DNA of 64,000 bases from Candidatus Poribacteria bacterium (GCA_036339735.1 JAYZAL010000038.1:64001-128000), one strand, 5' to 3'. Positions 29,100 through 39,248 are shown, counted from the first letter of the stretch. Translations and numbers: made by a program. Notes: a model not told the origin generated them from the letters alone.

Positions 29100-29879
29100 T
29101 TACTTCTTTGATTCTAGGCTAGCTGGTCGCCCACCAGAAGATGGCGGTGACAAAATACGCTTCTGCTGCTCGGTTGGTTCAAAATAGTCATTAGGATCAT
29201 AGTAACTTTGAGAGTAAGAAATATGCCCTGGACTATACTTGTACAGGAAAGTACGCCTTTCATGGTCAGCGTTCCAAGGCAAAGTACCATGAACTAGGGC
29301 CTCAGTAAAAAAAAGAGCGTCTCCAGCTTTAACTACTGGCTGAACCACGTAAGGCTCAGACCTTTTAAAAGTACGAACATCATGCGGAAAATCCGATAAA
29401 AAGTTAGATTTATGACTGCCAGGAACACAAGCAAAGCCTCCATCACCCGGACCTGCATCCGCAAAAAAAAAGGTTAGTACTGACAACCCATTACGAATAG
29501 TACCATTGTGATGTTTGTAGAATTGACAACCGTTCGCAGTCTCAGGACCTCCATGCAATATACTTTTATCCTCACGACCTCGCTTCATAAAAATACAGTA
29601 GTCATGGTCTAAACGAAAAGTCGGTCCCAAAAATTCTCTCAGGTATGGTGTTACACCAGGATGATCTATCAATCTTTGGCAAACCGGATCCCATTTGGAA
29701 ACCCGACTCGTTCGACGTAAACTTCCCTCTTCTTTCAAGTTTTCCACTTCGTCGTAACTACGAGGAAAGATTCGGTCACACACTTCATTAATTTCAGCAA
29801 TTTCATCTTCAGTCAGAACATTCTTAATTATGATGTATCCCTGAAGGTCAAACACGAATTTATCTTCTAACGTTACCAT
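29100..29879 (-). CDS. PhyH family Fe(II)/2OG enzyme with HxG motif
   Basis: FDLQGYIII, RLDHDY, LHGG, GGFACVPGSHK, AGDALFFTEALVHGT...R. ATG at 29879. Confidence 0.85.
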   Translation of the reverse strand: MVTLEDKFVFDLQGYIIIKNVLTEDEIAEINEVCDRIFPRSYDEVENLKEEGSLRRTSRVSKWDPVCQRLIDHPGVTPYLREFLGPTFRLDHDYCIFMKRGREDKSILHGGPETANGCQFYKHHNGTIRNGLSVLTFFFADAGPGDGGFACVPGSHKSNFLSDFPHDVRTFKRSEPYVVQPVVKAGDALFFTEALVHGTLPWNADHERRTFLYKYSPGHISYSQSYYDPNDYFEPTEQQKRILSPPSSGGRPASLESKK

Positions 29880-30042
29880 TTTGGCCCATCTCACTAGACT
29901 TAGGTTTAATATTGACAACATGATAACATTTTGTCCCTTCAATTCAAGGTGCAAAATCAAGGATGACTGCCATATAATAGCCAAGCACAAAAATCGATAA
30001 TCGATTTTTGTTCTGGTAACAAATCAAAATAAGGAATTGATC

Positions 30043-30903
30043 ATGAAAATTGGACTACGAATCCCCGGTGCTGCTGGACAAATGCCATTCTCAGAATTTT
30101 GTGCTTGGTGCAAAAAAAATGGCTTTGAGGCCATCGATATTGGCCAAATTACCAACGAGGTAGTTGAGACGGCCACTGGTGCTGGGTTGACCATCGGTAC
30201 AGCTGATCTACCCGGTACACGTGACCTTATTAGTCTTAATTCAGCCAAGGTTAAGGCGGGAGCTGAGGCAGCGAAATCCGCGATTTCTGCCGCAGCCGAA
30301 AACGGCATCTCAATTATGTTTTGCGTATTCGTCCCAGATGATGCTTCACTAGGACGAGCGAAAAATTACGAAATTTGGAAAGAAAATTTTCCAGCAGTTG
30401 CTGAATTTGCTGCTGAAAAAGGCGTTTCAATTGCAGTCGAAGGGTGGCCGGGTGGTGGTCCCGAATATCCAGCGCTTGGTTGTACGCCCGAAATGTGGCG
30501 AGCTATGTTTGCCGACTGTCCAAATGGTTTCGGCCTTAATTATGATCCTTCTCACTTAGTACGAATCGGAATCGATCATGAACGAGCCTTGGACGAATTT
30601 GCCCATAAAGTCTTACATGTACATGCTAAAGATACAGTTTTCGATCAAGAAGCTCTCTACCTTCACGGCAATCTTGGTCCCGTTTTTCGCAATCCGCGTG
30701 GATTTGGCGAAGACTGGTGGCGATACACAATTCCAGGTGATGGTGTAGTAGATTGGCTGAAAGTAGTTCAGCGCCTAGAAGATGAGAGCTTTGATGGTAT
30801 CGTAAGCGTAGAGCTAGAAGACTATCGATATTGGAAGGACTGGCCGGCTCAGGCTGATGGACTTCGGCGCTCGCAGTCCTTTCTATCTAACATTGTACGC
30901 TAA
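30043..30903 (+). CDS. Sugar phosphate isomerase/epimerase (AP_endonuc_2 TIM barrel)
   Basis: AVEGWP, LNYDPSH, HVHAKD, PGDG.VDW, SVELE. Confidence 0.88.
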   Translation: MKIGLRIPGAAGQMPFSEFCAWCKKNGFEAIDIGQITNEVVETATGAGLTIGTADLPGTRDLISLNSAKVKAGAEAAKSAISAAAENGISIMFCVFVPDDASLGRAKNYEIWKENFPAVAEFAAEKGVSIAVEGWPGGGPEYPALGCTPEMWRAMFADCPNGFGLNYDPSHLVRIGIDHERALDEFAHKVLHVHAKDTVFDQEALYLHGNLGPVFRNPRGFGEDWWRYTIPGDGVVDWLKVVQRLEDESFDGIVSVELEDYRYWKDWPAQADGLRRSQSFLSNIVR

Positions 30904-31124
30904 CTAAAACATAATAGATCATGCAGTAGGATTCTATCGTTTATTACGTTTTTGTTGGTAGTGGGTTTGAATTGCGTACTTGGTGAGGATTTCAGCTATC
31001 TAGACCAAAAAGTAACTGATCTATTTGTTGCCAGACGCGCTCTATTGCTATCCCGTCTGCGCTAAAAGCCAATAAAAGGCTAATGCGCCATGAATTAGTA
31101 TCAAGATTGGCTTGTGATGTTCAG

Positions 31125-32087
31125 CTAAGTTGACTTCACAAGCCGACTCTTGACACCTGCTGCCAATAGTGGGATCATAATTTCGTGATGTCCACAAAAA
31201 GTGAACCCTTGTCCTCCATCGCTAGTAGGACGACGGACAACATTTTCCTGTGGCCGGTAATGATTCACCATGTCGAAATTGGCCGTTGTGAATTGACGAA
31301 CCGTGTGACCAAGGTTACGAGCAACCGTCAAGGATTTCAAGAAAACTTCAGGCAAAATAACAGCTGACCCGAAATTCAATACCACCCCACCACTACCCAA
31401 GTCGGCGACTATCGATGTTAACAGTCGAAAATCGTCAAAGCTTGCTTTCCCAATTGCTGCTCCATCTGCAGTAGGGTGTTGATGGATAATATCGGTACCA
31501 ATCGCAACATGAACAGTAATAGGAATGTTGAGCTTTTGAGCTTGTACCATCAGACTAGCCTCGGCATAAGGTGGATTCAAATTCCACAAGGCTTGGGCAA
31601 ATCCCTTACCCAAACCAGTTCCGTCTCTCACGGCTTGGATACTTGCATGATTCATCAAACGACCTGTTTCTTCGGCCATCCCGAAGTAACCCGTTTGAAT
31701 ATTCAGTTCCACATCTTCAGAAGTTTCACCTATCATACCAATTTCAAAATCATGAATGGCTGTTGAACCGTTAAAAACCAGAGCTGAAATGACACCTATC
31801 TGCATCAAGTCTATCAGAATTGGGCTTAACCCGCATTTGACTACGTGTCCACCCAGCATGGCAATTACTGGTTTCTGTTGTCTGTAAGCAAGAATCATCG
31901 AATCTATTAAGTCAGTTAAATCTTGCCCCTTTAGGATTTTTGGTAAAGATTCTAGCAGATCGTCAATTAGTAGACTAGAACTAACAGGCGCAGCAAAATC
32001 TTGCACTGAAACCTTGTTTGTACGTTCAGATAAAGGGTAGGTCGTAACCTTAGATAAATCGGCAGGCGACCAGTTTTTTCTATTCAT
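31125..32087 (-). CDS. Deoxyhypusine synthase-like conserved hypothetical protein
   Basis: GGHVVKCGL, NGSTAIHDFE, GETSEDV, FGMAEETG, TVHVAIGTDIIH, GSAVILPEVFLK, GHHEIMIPL. Confidence 0.65.
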   Translation of the reverse strand: MNRKNWSPADLSKVTTYPLSERTNKVSVQDFAAPVSSSLLIDDLLESLPKILKGQDLTDLIDSMILAYRQQKPVIAMLGGHVVKCGLSPILIDLMQIGVISALVFNGSTAIHDFEIGMIGETSEDVELNIQTGYFGMAEETGRLMNHASIQAVRDGTGLGKGFAQALWNLNPPYAEASLMVQAQKLNIPITVHVAIGTDIIHQHPTADGAAIGKASFDDFRLLTSIVADLGSGGVVLNFGSAVILPEVFLKSLTVARNLGHTVRQFTTANFDMVNHYRPQENVVRRPTSDGGQGFTFCGHHEIMIPLLAAGVKSRLVKST

Positions 32088-32097
32088 TTTATATATT

Positions 32098-33219
32098 TTA
32101 GGCTAATAATTTGTTGTAAACCTGTTCGGTCTTTTGCACCATAGCAGTCTGGCTAAAATATTTTTTTGCGTGACTACGGGCATTTTTGCCTAATGTTTGA
32201 AGATAAAATGGGTCTTCTGTTAACTTCAGAATCGCAGAAACTAAAGCAGCATGATCATTAGACGGTACAATGAGACCATTTTCACCATCTTTGACAATTG
32301 TTAATCTAGCAGGATCAATCTCTGACGCGGAAATAACGGGTGTACCACAAGCTAGAGACTCAATCATTACCGAACCACCTGATAAGGTAACTAGCACATC
32401 TAGAGAGGATAAAATTTCGGGCATATCATTGCGTTTCCCAGTAAAATCGACGACATGTTGCAAGTTGTTTTGTTTTATGTATCGTTGTAATTTTCGAAAG
32501 TAAGAGCTAACTCGAATTGACCCAATTAAATAACATGATAACGTAACTCCAGTTCCCAAGACTTTTTTAATAGATTTCAGAAAGTCTAACTGACGTTTTT
32601 GCGGCTCTATTCTACCGACTAAACCAATTTTAAATTCTTTTTTAGCAGACGGGTTCAGTTTCGTCTCTATATTCAGAACGTCAATTGGATTAGGCGAAAA
32701 TCTTTCGACATCCGTGGCATCAGAAATCAGGTGTAGGCGATAGTTCTCAACCCCATTCTCAACCAGAGGTTGGCGATAACGATCACCAATGATAATGGCT
32801 GCTGTGGCCTCATGTAGATCTAGGTTCGCTAAATGTTTATTATGTAACCGTGAGCGTACATGAAAAACGGTCGGAATTGACAACGCTTGACTAACTGCTT
32901 TTAAATATGGGAAATGACGGTGTTCAGAATGAACTAAATCGACCTGAGTTTTTTTTGCTAGCCGTACTAGTCGTTTAGCCGCCGACCAACGAAATGGAAT
33001 CGACTGAATCTGCAACCAGCGAGGTAATCGCAAAAAGTGTACCTCTATCCCAGATTCAATCAAGGATTGGCTCAAATCTCCCACTTTGGGGCAAACGACA
33101 ATTGGTTGGAAATTGTTTTTATCTAATCCTTTAACCAGGTATTCATACTGGATTTCTCCACCACCTACTCTGGAGCCATACAGCAACAAATACAAAATGC
33201 GGCGTGGGCGTTCTAGCAT
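32098..33219 (-). CDS. Glycosyltransferase family 4 (GT-B)
   Basis: GGGE N-terminus, VGRIEPQKRQ, MIESLACGTPVI, DGENGLIV. Confidence 0.9.
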   Translation of the reverse strand: MLERPRRILYLLLYGSRVGGGEIQYEYLVKGLDKNNFQPIVVCPKVGDLSQSLIESGIEVHFLRLPRWLQIQSIPFRWSAAKRLVRLAKKTQVDLVHSEHRHFPYLKAVSQALSIPTVFHVRSRLHNKHLANLDLHEATAAIIIGDRYRQPLVENGVENYRLHLISDATDVERFSPNPIDVLNIETKLNPSAKKEFKIGLVGRIEPQKRQLDFLKSIKKVLGTGVTLSCYLIGSIRVSSYFRKLQRYIKQNNLQHVVDFTGKRNDMPEILSSLDVLVTLSGGSVMIESLACGTPVISASEIDPARLTIVKDGENGLIVPSNDHAALVSAILKLTEDPFYLQTLGKNARSHAKKYFSQTAMVQKTEQVYNKLLA

Positions 33220-33241
33220 TTTGATCTAGGGATAGTACAGA

Positions 33242-34039
33242 TTAACCCATCAATTTATCTACTTCAGTCTGCCATGTACCTTCGATCAGTTGGCCGTATT
33301 CACGTTGGCCACCAGTGGCATCTGGACCAGTAATGATGGGTAATTTGTGCATCTGTGTCGCATTATGTGGAATATAGTCTTGTCTGAGAAAATGGTAAGC
33401 ACATCCACCACGATCATAATCACTAGTATTTGCCTTCGTACAATGAGGAATTCCGTAGTTAAAAAATACGATCCCACCAGCCTTCATTTCTACTGGTAAA
33501 GCTCGGCTTTCATCGATCTCACATGTAATGTGGTGGTCACTATTGGGGTCCCGGTCATGATCGTAGTTTTCTAGATGGCCACCTGGTACAATGTGCAGTG
33601 TACCATTTTCAACCGATGCATCGTGCAAGGCGATCCACATACCAGTCCCTTTTGTTGGATCACTAATGCGAAAATAACTATTATCGGTGTGCCAACTTGT
33701 ACCGATTCCGGTCTTGGCAGGTTTGTAGAATATCTGGTCTAAATGGCGAATAAAGGGGTCTCCAACTAGTTGACTCACTACTGACTTAACTTTATGACTG
33801 TACGGCAAAGCCCGATATAGGTCGCTAATGTTGTTAAGTGGAATGATTTGATAATTATGACGAATCTCGGAGTGAGTTTTCCCATCCCCTTCAGTTGCTA
33901 CATTTCGGCCTAAATCTTGGTGGTAGAATCGTATCAATTCTTTTTGCAAAGCTTCTACTTCTCGTGAATCAAAGAAATTGGCTAAAATTAAATAGCCTTC
34001 TTTTTGGAAAAGACTAATTTGTTTTTTTGTTAGTTTCAT
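33242..34039 (-). CDS. PhyH family Fe(II)/2OG dioxygenase
   Basis: KEGYL, WHTD, NGTLHIVPGGH, AGGIVFF...PHCT...R. Confidence 0.9.
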   Translation of the reverse strand: MKLTKKQISLFQKEGYLILANFFDSREVEALQKELIRFYHQDLGRNVATEGDGKTHSEIRHNYQIIPLNNISDLYRALPYSHKVKSVVSQLVGDPFIRHLDQIFYKPAKTGIGTSWHTDNSYFRISDPTKGTGMWIALHDASVENGTLHIVPGGHLENYDHDRDPNSDHHITCEIDESRALPVEMKAGGIVFFNYGIPHCTKANTSDYDRGGCAYHFLRQDYIPHNATQMHKLPIITGPDATGGQREYGQLIEGTWQTEVDKLMG

Positions 34040-34091
34040 CTTATACCTTTCTGCGTTGCTACGAATATCTTACTTAATACAATTCTTTTCT

Positions 34092-34853
34092 CTAATCAAC
34101 TTTCTTATTAGCTCTTAATACGGGAACCTGGTCTCCGATGAGTTGATTATTTTTTTTGAGAATTACACCAGGCACATGATATTGAGGAACAAAACCATGC
34201 CTATATTGACATGAACTTGTGTTTGGTCCACTCATATGCAAGAGTAAAGAACTAAAGATGGCTACTTGGCCAGCTTTCATCTCAACGGGAATAGCGGGTT
34301 CCAGTTCTTTTGCTTGGCTTGTTTCCGCAGTTAGGCCAGCGTATACCTGATCGTTTTCATCTTCTTGATGATGAGGGAAAACACCATACTGGTGAGATTT
34401 GGGCCTAATCCAAATACAACCATTGTCTAAATTGGAGTCGCTAACGGCGGTCCAACATGTAATGTATGCCAAAGGAACTGTTTCGGTGTAACCAGAATCT
34501 TGGTGCCAATTGAACGTTTTACCAATTTTAGGTGGCTTGACTGCGGCCTGATTCCAATATAAATCAGCGTCAGCACCAATTAATTTCTGGCAAGCTTCTA
34601 GATAAATACCCGATTTGACAAAATCTGCAACAATCTGGCTCTTTTTGTGAACCTCGCCATAAGATCGACGTCCCTCAGCTGCTTTGACGTCATCCAAATT
34701 CCCGCTGGATTTGGCTTCCTCTATGCCTTCATGGTACAACCGGTCAAACTCTTGACGAACCGCCAACAAGCGATCTCTTTCGATGACCACATCGGTAATA
34801 AAATAACCTAGTTGATCAAATTGTGACACATCAGAATCACTAATCATACCCAT
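34092..34853 (-). CDS. PhyH family Fe(II)/2OG dioxygenase
   Basis: QLGYF, WHQD, NGCIWIRPKSH, AGQVAIFSSLLLHMSGPN..R. Confidence 0.9.
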   Translation of the reverse strand: MGMISDSDVSQFDQLGYFITDVVIERDRLLAVRQEFDRLYHEGIEEAKSSGNLDDVKAAEGRRSYGEVHKKSQIVADFVKSGIYLEACQKLIGADADLYWNQAAVKPPKIGKTFNWHQDSGYTETVPLAYITCWTAVSDSNLDNGCIWIRPKSHQYGVFPHHQEDENDQVYAGLTAETSQAKELEPAIPVEMKAGQVAIFSSLLLHMSGPNTSSCQYRHGFVPQYHVPGVILKKNNQLIGDQVPVLRANKKVD

Positions 34854-35118
34854 AATTTTTCAACCTTTTTCATTTACTCTAACACGAGATAGTGAATAAA
34901 GATATGTTACTTTGTATAACAATGTCAAACGGTTTTGCCTTTTTTGTTTGTCTTTGGTAGAATCAGCCAATTCAATCTTGATAATGGAGCACTAACTGCT
35001 CCTGTCTCACCAGAAAAGGGTGTTAAAAAAAGAAGATCTTTTGACGAAAATAATTTTTCCTAATAAGCTCTTTTGATAGAGTTTCAAAACATTGTTAGCT
35101 TATCCATCTTTCAACTAT

Positions 35119-35288
35119 CGCCTGTGATTAGGATTTACTGGTAAGAGCGAACTGGAATATGGCATAAGATGCAAGATCTATTATTCGTTGTTCGGTTCGG
35201 TATGTTTGAAAAATACAGCAAATAACTGTGAATGTAAGAATAGATTTAGAGATAGGAAAGCTGCACTTGGTAAATCCTAAATAAAGCG
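35119..35288. ncRNA. Candidate rod-shaped structured ncRNA (6S-like architecture); unverified
   Basis: Closing stem TTAGGATTTACTGG (35128-41) / TTGGTAAATCCTAA (35267-80), an internal bubble, and an inner stem AGATCTATT (35174-82) / AATAGATTT (35239-47). Confidence 0.3.
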
Positions 35289-35392
35289 CCTGAGAAATCA
35301 AAAACCTAGATCTAGAAGAAAATTCTCGTTTAGGGGCAATTGTGCCCGATTATGCTAGGCCCATAGTTGAACATTATTCAGATTATTGAAAA

Positions 35393-36568
35393 ATGAACCA
35401 ATCTTCTTCTAAAAAGTTGGCTGTTCTAACTCTTATGCACGGCGTGGTGGACACCTACGCCACCCTTCTACCGCATATCCTACCACAACTCTTGATTCAA
35501 ATTGGAGCCGTGAGCGGACAGAATCGGTTAGCTGGTATTTTAATGGCTGCCGGTAACGCTTTTAATTCTTTTAGCCAGCTAATTACAGCTCGATTTGCTG
35601 ACCAAATTCGTTCAATTCATTTTTTGACGCTAGGAGTAGCCTTACCAGCTATAGGAATATCTTTACTTGGACTGTCTCCTTCTCTACCTTGGTTGATTTC
35701 TTTATTGGCTATTGCTGGAATTGGTGGAGCTATTTTCCATCCTGCTGCTACCTCTCAGGCTGGACGACTTTCTGGGAAAAAACGAGGCACAGGCGTTTCT
35801 ATTTTTATTACCGGTGGAAATATTGGACAAGCTGTTGGCCCATTTCTAATTATTCTGTTTTTAGAAAAGCTTGGTTTAGATATTATCTGGTTGACTATCT
35901 TAGTTGTCCCTGGCTTACTAGTATCTGTTTTTGGTGGATTATCGCTAAAAAGCGTAGTCGAAGAATCAATTCAGCCTTCTTCAATAAAGTTGCCTCTATG
36001 GCCAGAAATACGGCAACAATGGTTCCCGTTGATATTACTCTATTTAATGTCAATGTTAAAAACGGTAACGGTTATTGGATTTGTTACCTACCTTTCTCTT
36101 TTACTGAACAAACTAGGATATTCACATACTAAGCGGTCACTTATTCTGGCGGGATTTACATTTGCGGGTTCAATGGGGATTCTCGCCGGTGGTAAACTGT
36201 CTGATATTTTGGGTGGAAACCTTGTGTTATTAATTTCGCTAGCTTTTTCTACTCCACTTCTCTATCTTTCGGCTTCGTCTATATCTGACAGTCCGATTGT
36301 GTTTATTCTTTTGTTATTTGCTGGAAATTTTGTCCTAGCTAGTTCTGCATCTGTAAACATTGTTATGGGCCAACAACTCCTGCCCAATCATCAAAGTATA
36401 GCTTCTAGTTTTATGATGGGAGCAGCCTGGGGTTTAGCAGGCCTATTCAACATTCCACTAGGTGGATTAGCAGACGAGATAGGTCAGGAGAGCATTCTAC
36501 GTGGATTGTCGATTATCCCTTTTTTGACGGCTTCCTTGCTTTCCTTTTTAAAAATGCCAAAAATCTAG
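35393..36568 (+). CDS. MFS transporter (Fsr/fosmidomycin-resistance-like)
   Basis: About 12 TM segments; HGVVDTY, AIFHP, IFITGGNIG.AVGP, GKLSD. Confidence 0.88.
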   Translation: MNQSSSKKLAVLTLMHGVVDTYATLLPHILPQLLIQIGAVSGQNRLAGILMAAGNAFNSFSQLITARFADQIRSIHFLTLGVALPAIGISLLGLSPSLPWLISLLAIAGIGGAIFHPAATSQAGRLSGKKRGTGVSIFITGGNIGQAVGPFLIILFLEKLGLDIIWLTILVVPGLLVSVFGGLSLKSVVEESIQPSSIKLPLWPEIRQQWFPLILLYLMSMLKTVTVIGFVTYLSLLLNKLGYSHTKRSLILAGFTFAGSMGILAGGKLSDILGGNLVLLISLAFSTPLLYLSASSISDSPIVFILLLFAGNFVLASSASVNIVMGQQLLPNHQSIASSFMMGAAWGLAGLFNIPLGGLADEIGQESILRGLSIIPFLTASLLSFLKMPKI

Positions 36569-36596
36569 TTTGGTATAAGTTGTTTAGGAGGCCTAA

Positions 36597-36625
36597 TTGA
36601 CGTTTTATTTAGCCCGTGCTATAAT
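36597..36625 (+). promoter_or_regulatory. Sigma70-type promoter of the Gfo/Idh/MocA-isomerase operon
   Basis: TTGACG-N17-TATAAT with an extended TG. Confidence 0.75.
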
Positions 36626-36688
36626 CGTCGGGTGATCAGAGTGGCTTGATTTGAATGCCAACAGACAAATAGGTAAGGAGATTTTACT

Positions 36689-37870
36689 ATGCCATTAGGC
36701 AGAAAAATACGTTATGGAATGGTGGGTGGTGGACCTGGTGCTTTCATTGGTGAAGTTCACCGAAAAGCAGCCGCCCTAGATGGCGAAATTGAATTAGTGG
36801 CTGGTGCTTTTTCTTCTGATGCAGAAAAATCCCGACAACAGGGACAACAACTGTTCTTAGATCCGGATCGTGTTTATGATTCCTACCAAGAGATGATTGA
36901 AAAGGAAAGTCAGCTACCGGAGGGTGATCGTATCGACTTCGTTTCGATCGTTACACCCAATCATGTGCACCATCCAGTGGCTAAAGCAGCTATTGAGGCT
37001 GGGTTTCATGTGGTTTGCGATAAACCGATGACTATGACTGTAGAAGAGGCAGAAGACCTTTGTCATTTAGTCAAGAAGCACGATGTCGTCTTTGCTTTGA
37101 CTCATAACTATACCGGTTACCCTATGGTAAAGCAAGCACGTGAACTTGTGAAAAATGGTGAATTAGGTGAAATCCGTAAAGTTGTGGTCGAGTATCCTCA
37201 GGGATGGTTGGCCGAATTTTTGGAGGATCAAGGGGAGGAAGATGCTAAACAAGCTGTTTGGCGAACTGATCCTAAACGTGCTGGGGTTTCCTCTTGTATT
37301 GGGGACATCGGGTCGCATGCTGAAAATTTGGCCAGATATATAACCGGGTTGGAGCTAAGTGAAATTTGTGCTGACTTGACAACTTTTGTGCAAGGTCGTT
37401 TGCTCGAAGATGATGGAAACATTTTAGTTGGATTTCAAGGCGGTGCTAGGGGTGTCCTACACGCTTCCCAAATTTCGGTCGGTGAAGAAAATGATCTTAA
37501 CATTCGTGTCTACGGTACAAAAGCTAGTTTAAGATGGAGACAGGAAGAACCTAACTATTTGCAAGTCAAATATCCTGATGGTCCGGAGCAGTTGTACAAG
37601 CGAGGTAATGACTACTTATCTGAGGTGGCTCAGCATTTCACGCGTATCCCGTTTGGCCACCCAGAGGCGTTTATTGAGGCTTTTGCTAACATTTACCTTA
37701 ATGCAGCTCGAACTATTTCCGCTAAGTTAGCTGGAGAGGAACCAAGCGAATTCGATACCGATTTCCCAACGGTTCAGGATGGTGCTGTTGGTGTTCATTT
37801 CATTCACAAAGCAGTCGAAAGCGGACAGGCACGAGCTTGGGTTGATGCTAGCTATACACCACCTGAATAA
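36689..37870 (+). CDS. Gfo/Idh/MocA family oxidoreductase
   Basis: GMVGGGPGAFIGEVHR, VTPNHVH, CDKP, YPQGW, GDIGSH, GHPEAFIEAFAN. Confidence 0.92.
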   Translation: MPLGRKIRYGMVGGGPGAFIGEVHRKAAALDGEIELVAGAFSSDAEKSRQQGQQLFLDPDRVYDSYQEMIEKESQLPEGDRIDFVSIVTPNHVHHPVAKAAIEAGFHVVCDKPMTMTVEEAEDLCHLVKKHDVVFALTHNYTGYPMVKQARELVKNGELGEIRKVVVEYPQGWLAEFLEDQGEEDAKQAVWRTDPKRAGVSSCIGDIGSHAENLARYITGLELSEICADLTTFVQGRLLEDDGNILVGFQGGARGVLHASQISVGEENDLNIRVYGTKASLRWRQEEPNYLQVKYPDGPEQLYKRGNDYLSEVAQHFTRIPFGHPEAFIEAFANIYLNAARTISAKLAGEEPSEFDTDFPTVQDGAVGVHFIHKAVESGQARAWVDASYTPPE

Positions 37871-37912
37871 CAGATATTCAATCGAATTTATTTAACAAGA
37901 GGAGAATAACTT

Positions 37913-38938
37913 ATGGGAAGACCTGTTACTCTTTTTACTGGACAGTGGGCAGATCTCGATTTTGACACGATATGTCAGAAAGCTAAGAGCTTCGGTTATG
38001 ATGGTATTGAGTTAGCTTGTTGGGGAGACCATTTTGAAGTCAATCGAGCCTTGTCAGAAGATGGTTATGTACAGAGTCGATGGGACACACTCGACAAACA
38101 TGGTTTGACAGCATATTCCATCTCTAACCACCTAGTTGGTCAGGCTATCTGTGACAACATCGATGAGCGACACAAAGAGATTTTACCAGATTATGTTTGG
38201 GGAGATGGAGAGCCTGAAGGCGTTCGTCAACGGGCAGCGCAGGAAATGATCGATACTGCAAAAGCTTGCCGCTTGTTCATAGATGCCCGTCCTGGTGGTG
38301 AGGAATTCCCGGCCGTTGTCAATGGATTCACTGGTTCCAGTATATGGCACTCAATTTATGCTTTCCCGCCAACGACCCAAGAATATTGGGACGAAGGATT
38401 CGCGGACTTCGGTCGACGATTTATCCCGATTTTAGATGCGTTTGATGCCGTTAATGTAAATTTTGGCCTAGAGGTTCATCCGACTGAAATTGCTTTTGAT
38501 ATTGCTTCCTCTCAGCGCGCTATTGATGCCGTTGATGGCCACAAAAGATTTGGGTTTAACTATGACCCCTCTCACTTGGGTTATCAAGGGGTTGATTACG
38601 TGAAATTCATCCGAAATTTTGCTGATCGTATTTACCATGTTCACATGAAAGATGTTTGGTGGGGACATGGCGATGGGACTGTTGGTGTCTTTGGAGGACA
38701 TACCAGCTTCGGTGAAGCATCTCGGTATTGGGATTTTCGTTCCCTTGGACACGGTGATATCCAGTTCGAGGATATTATAGTTGCTTTAAACGACATCGGT
38801 TACAGTGGACCACTCTCTATCGAATGGGAAGACAGTCGCATGGACCGTGAACACGGCGCCGCAGAGGCTTGCGCTTTTACGAAAAAAGTTGACTTTCCAA
38901 CTTCGGATATTGCCTTCGACGCTGCTTTCGAAGAATAA
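37913..38938 (+). CDS. Sugar phosphate isomerase/epimerase (AP_endonuc_2 TIM barrel)
   Basis: [46 protein letters not shown]. Confidence 0.9.
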   Translation: MGRPVTLFTGQWADLDFDTICQKAKSFGYDGIELACWGDHFEVNRALSEDGYVQSRWDTLDKHGLTAYSISNHLVGQAICDNIDERHKEILPDYVWGDGEPEGVRQRAAQEMIDTAKACRLFIDARPGGEEFPAVVNGFTGSSIWHSIYAFPPTTQEYWDEGFADFGRRFIPILDAFDAVNVNFGLEVHPTEIAFDIASSQRAIDAVDGHKRFGFNYDPSHLGYQGVDYVKFIRNFADRIYHVHMKDVWWGHGDGTVGVFGGHTSFGEASRYWDFRSLGHGDIQFEDIIVALNDIGYSGPLSIEWEDSRMDREHGAAEACAFTKKVDFPTSDIAFDAAFEE

Positions 38939-38958
38939 TCTAATTTTAATTGCTTAAT

Positions 38959-39000
38959 GAAGAGTTGGACAATTATCTTATTGTCCAACTCTTCTCTTTT
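38959..39000. terminator. Rho-independent terminator between convergent genes
   Basis: Perfect 15-bp stem GAAGAGTTGGACAAT-N6-ATTGTCCAACTCTTC followed by TCTTTT. Confidence 0.85.
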
Positions 39001-39002
39001 AG

Positions 39003-39200
39003 TTATTCACCTTTCAACCTCGTCAATTCATCTTCTAGTTCACTGACTCGGACTTTTAGTTTTTGTATGTCGTTAGTCAACTGATGGATTTGGAAGTTTG
39101 GCCCTTTAATGGCCGTTGCGATTCGCCTAGCGTTCAGCTGATATGTAGCAAAAATAGCAATCGATAGTAAGAAAACAGCAGCTAATAGAAAAAATTCCAC
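39003..39200 (-). CDS. Small membrane-anchored coiled-coil protein
   Basis: GGGGAGG RBS, GTG start, N-terminal TM helix, C-terminal heptads. Confidence 0.6.
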   Translation of the reverse strand: MEFFLLAAVFLLSIAIFATYQLNARRIATAIKGPNFQIHQLTNDIQKLKVRVSELEDELTRLKGE

Positions 39201-39248
39201 AGTTCTATTCCTCCCCAGTCCTCTCTGCGTTTAATTTGTTAATTTATC

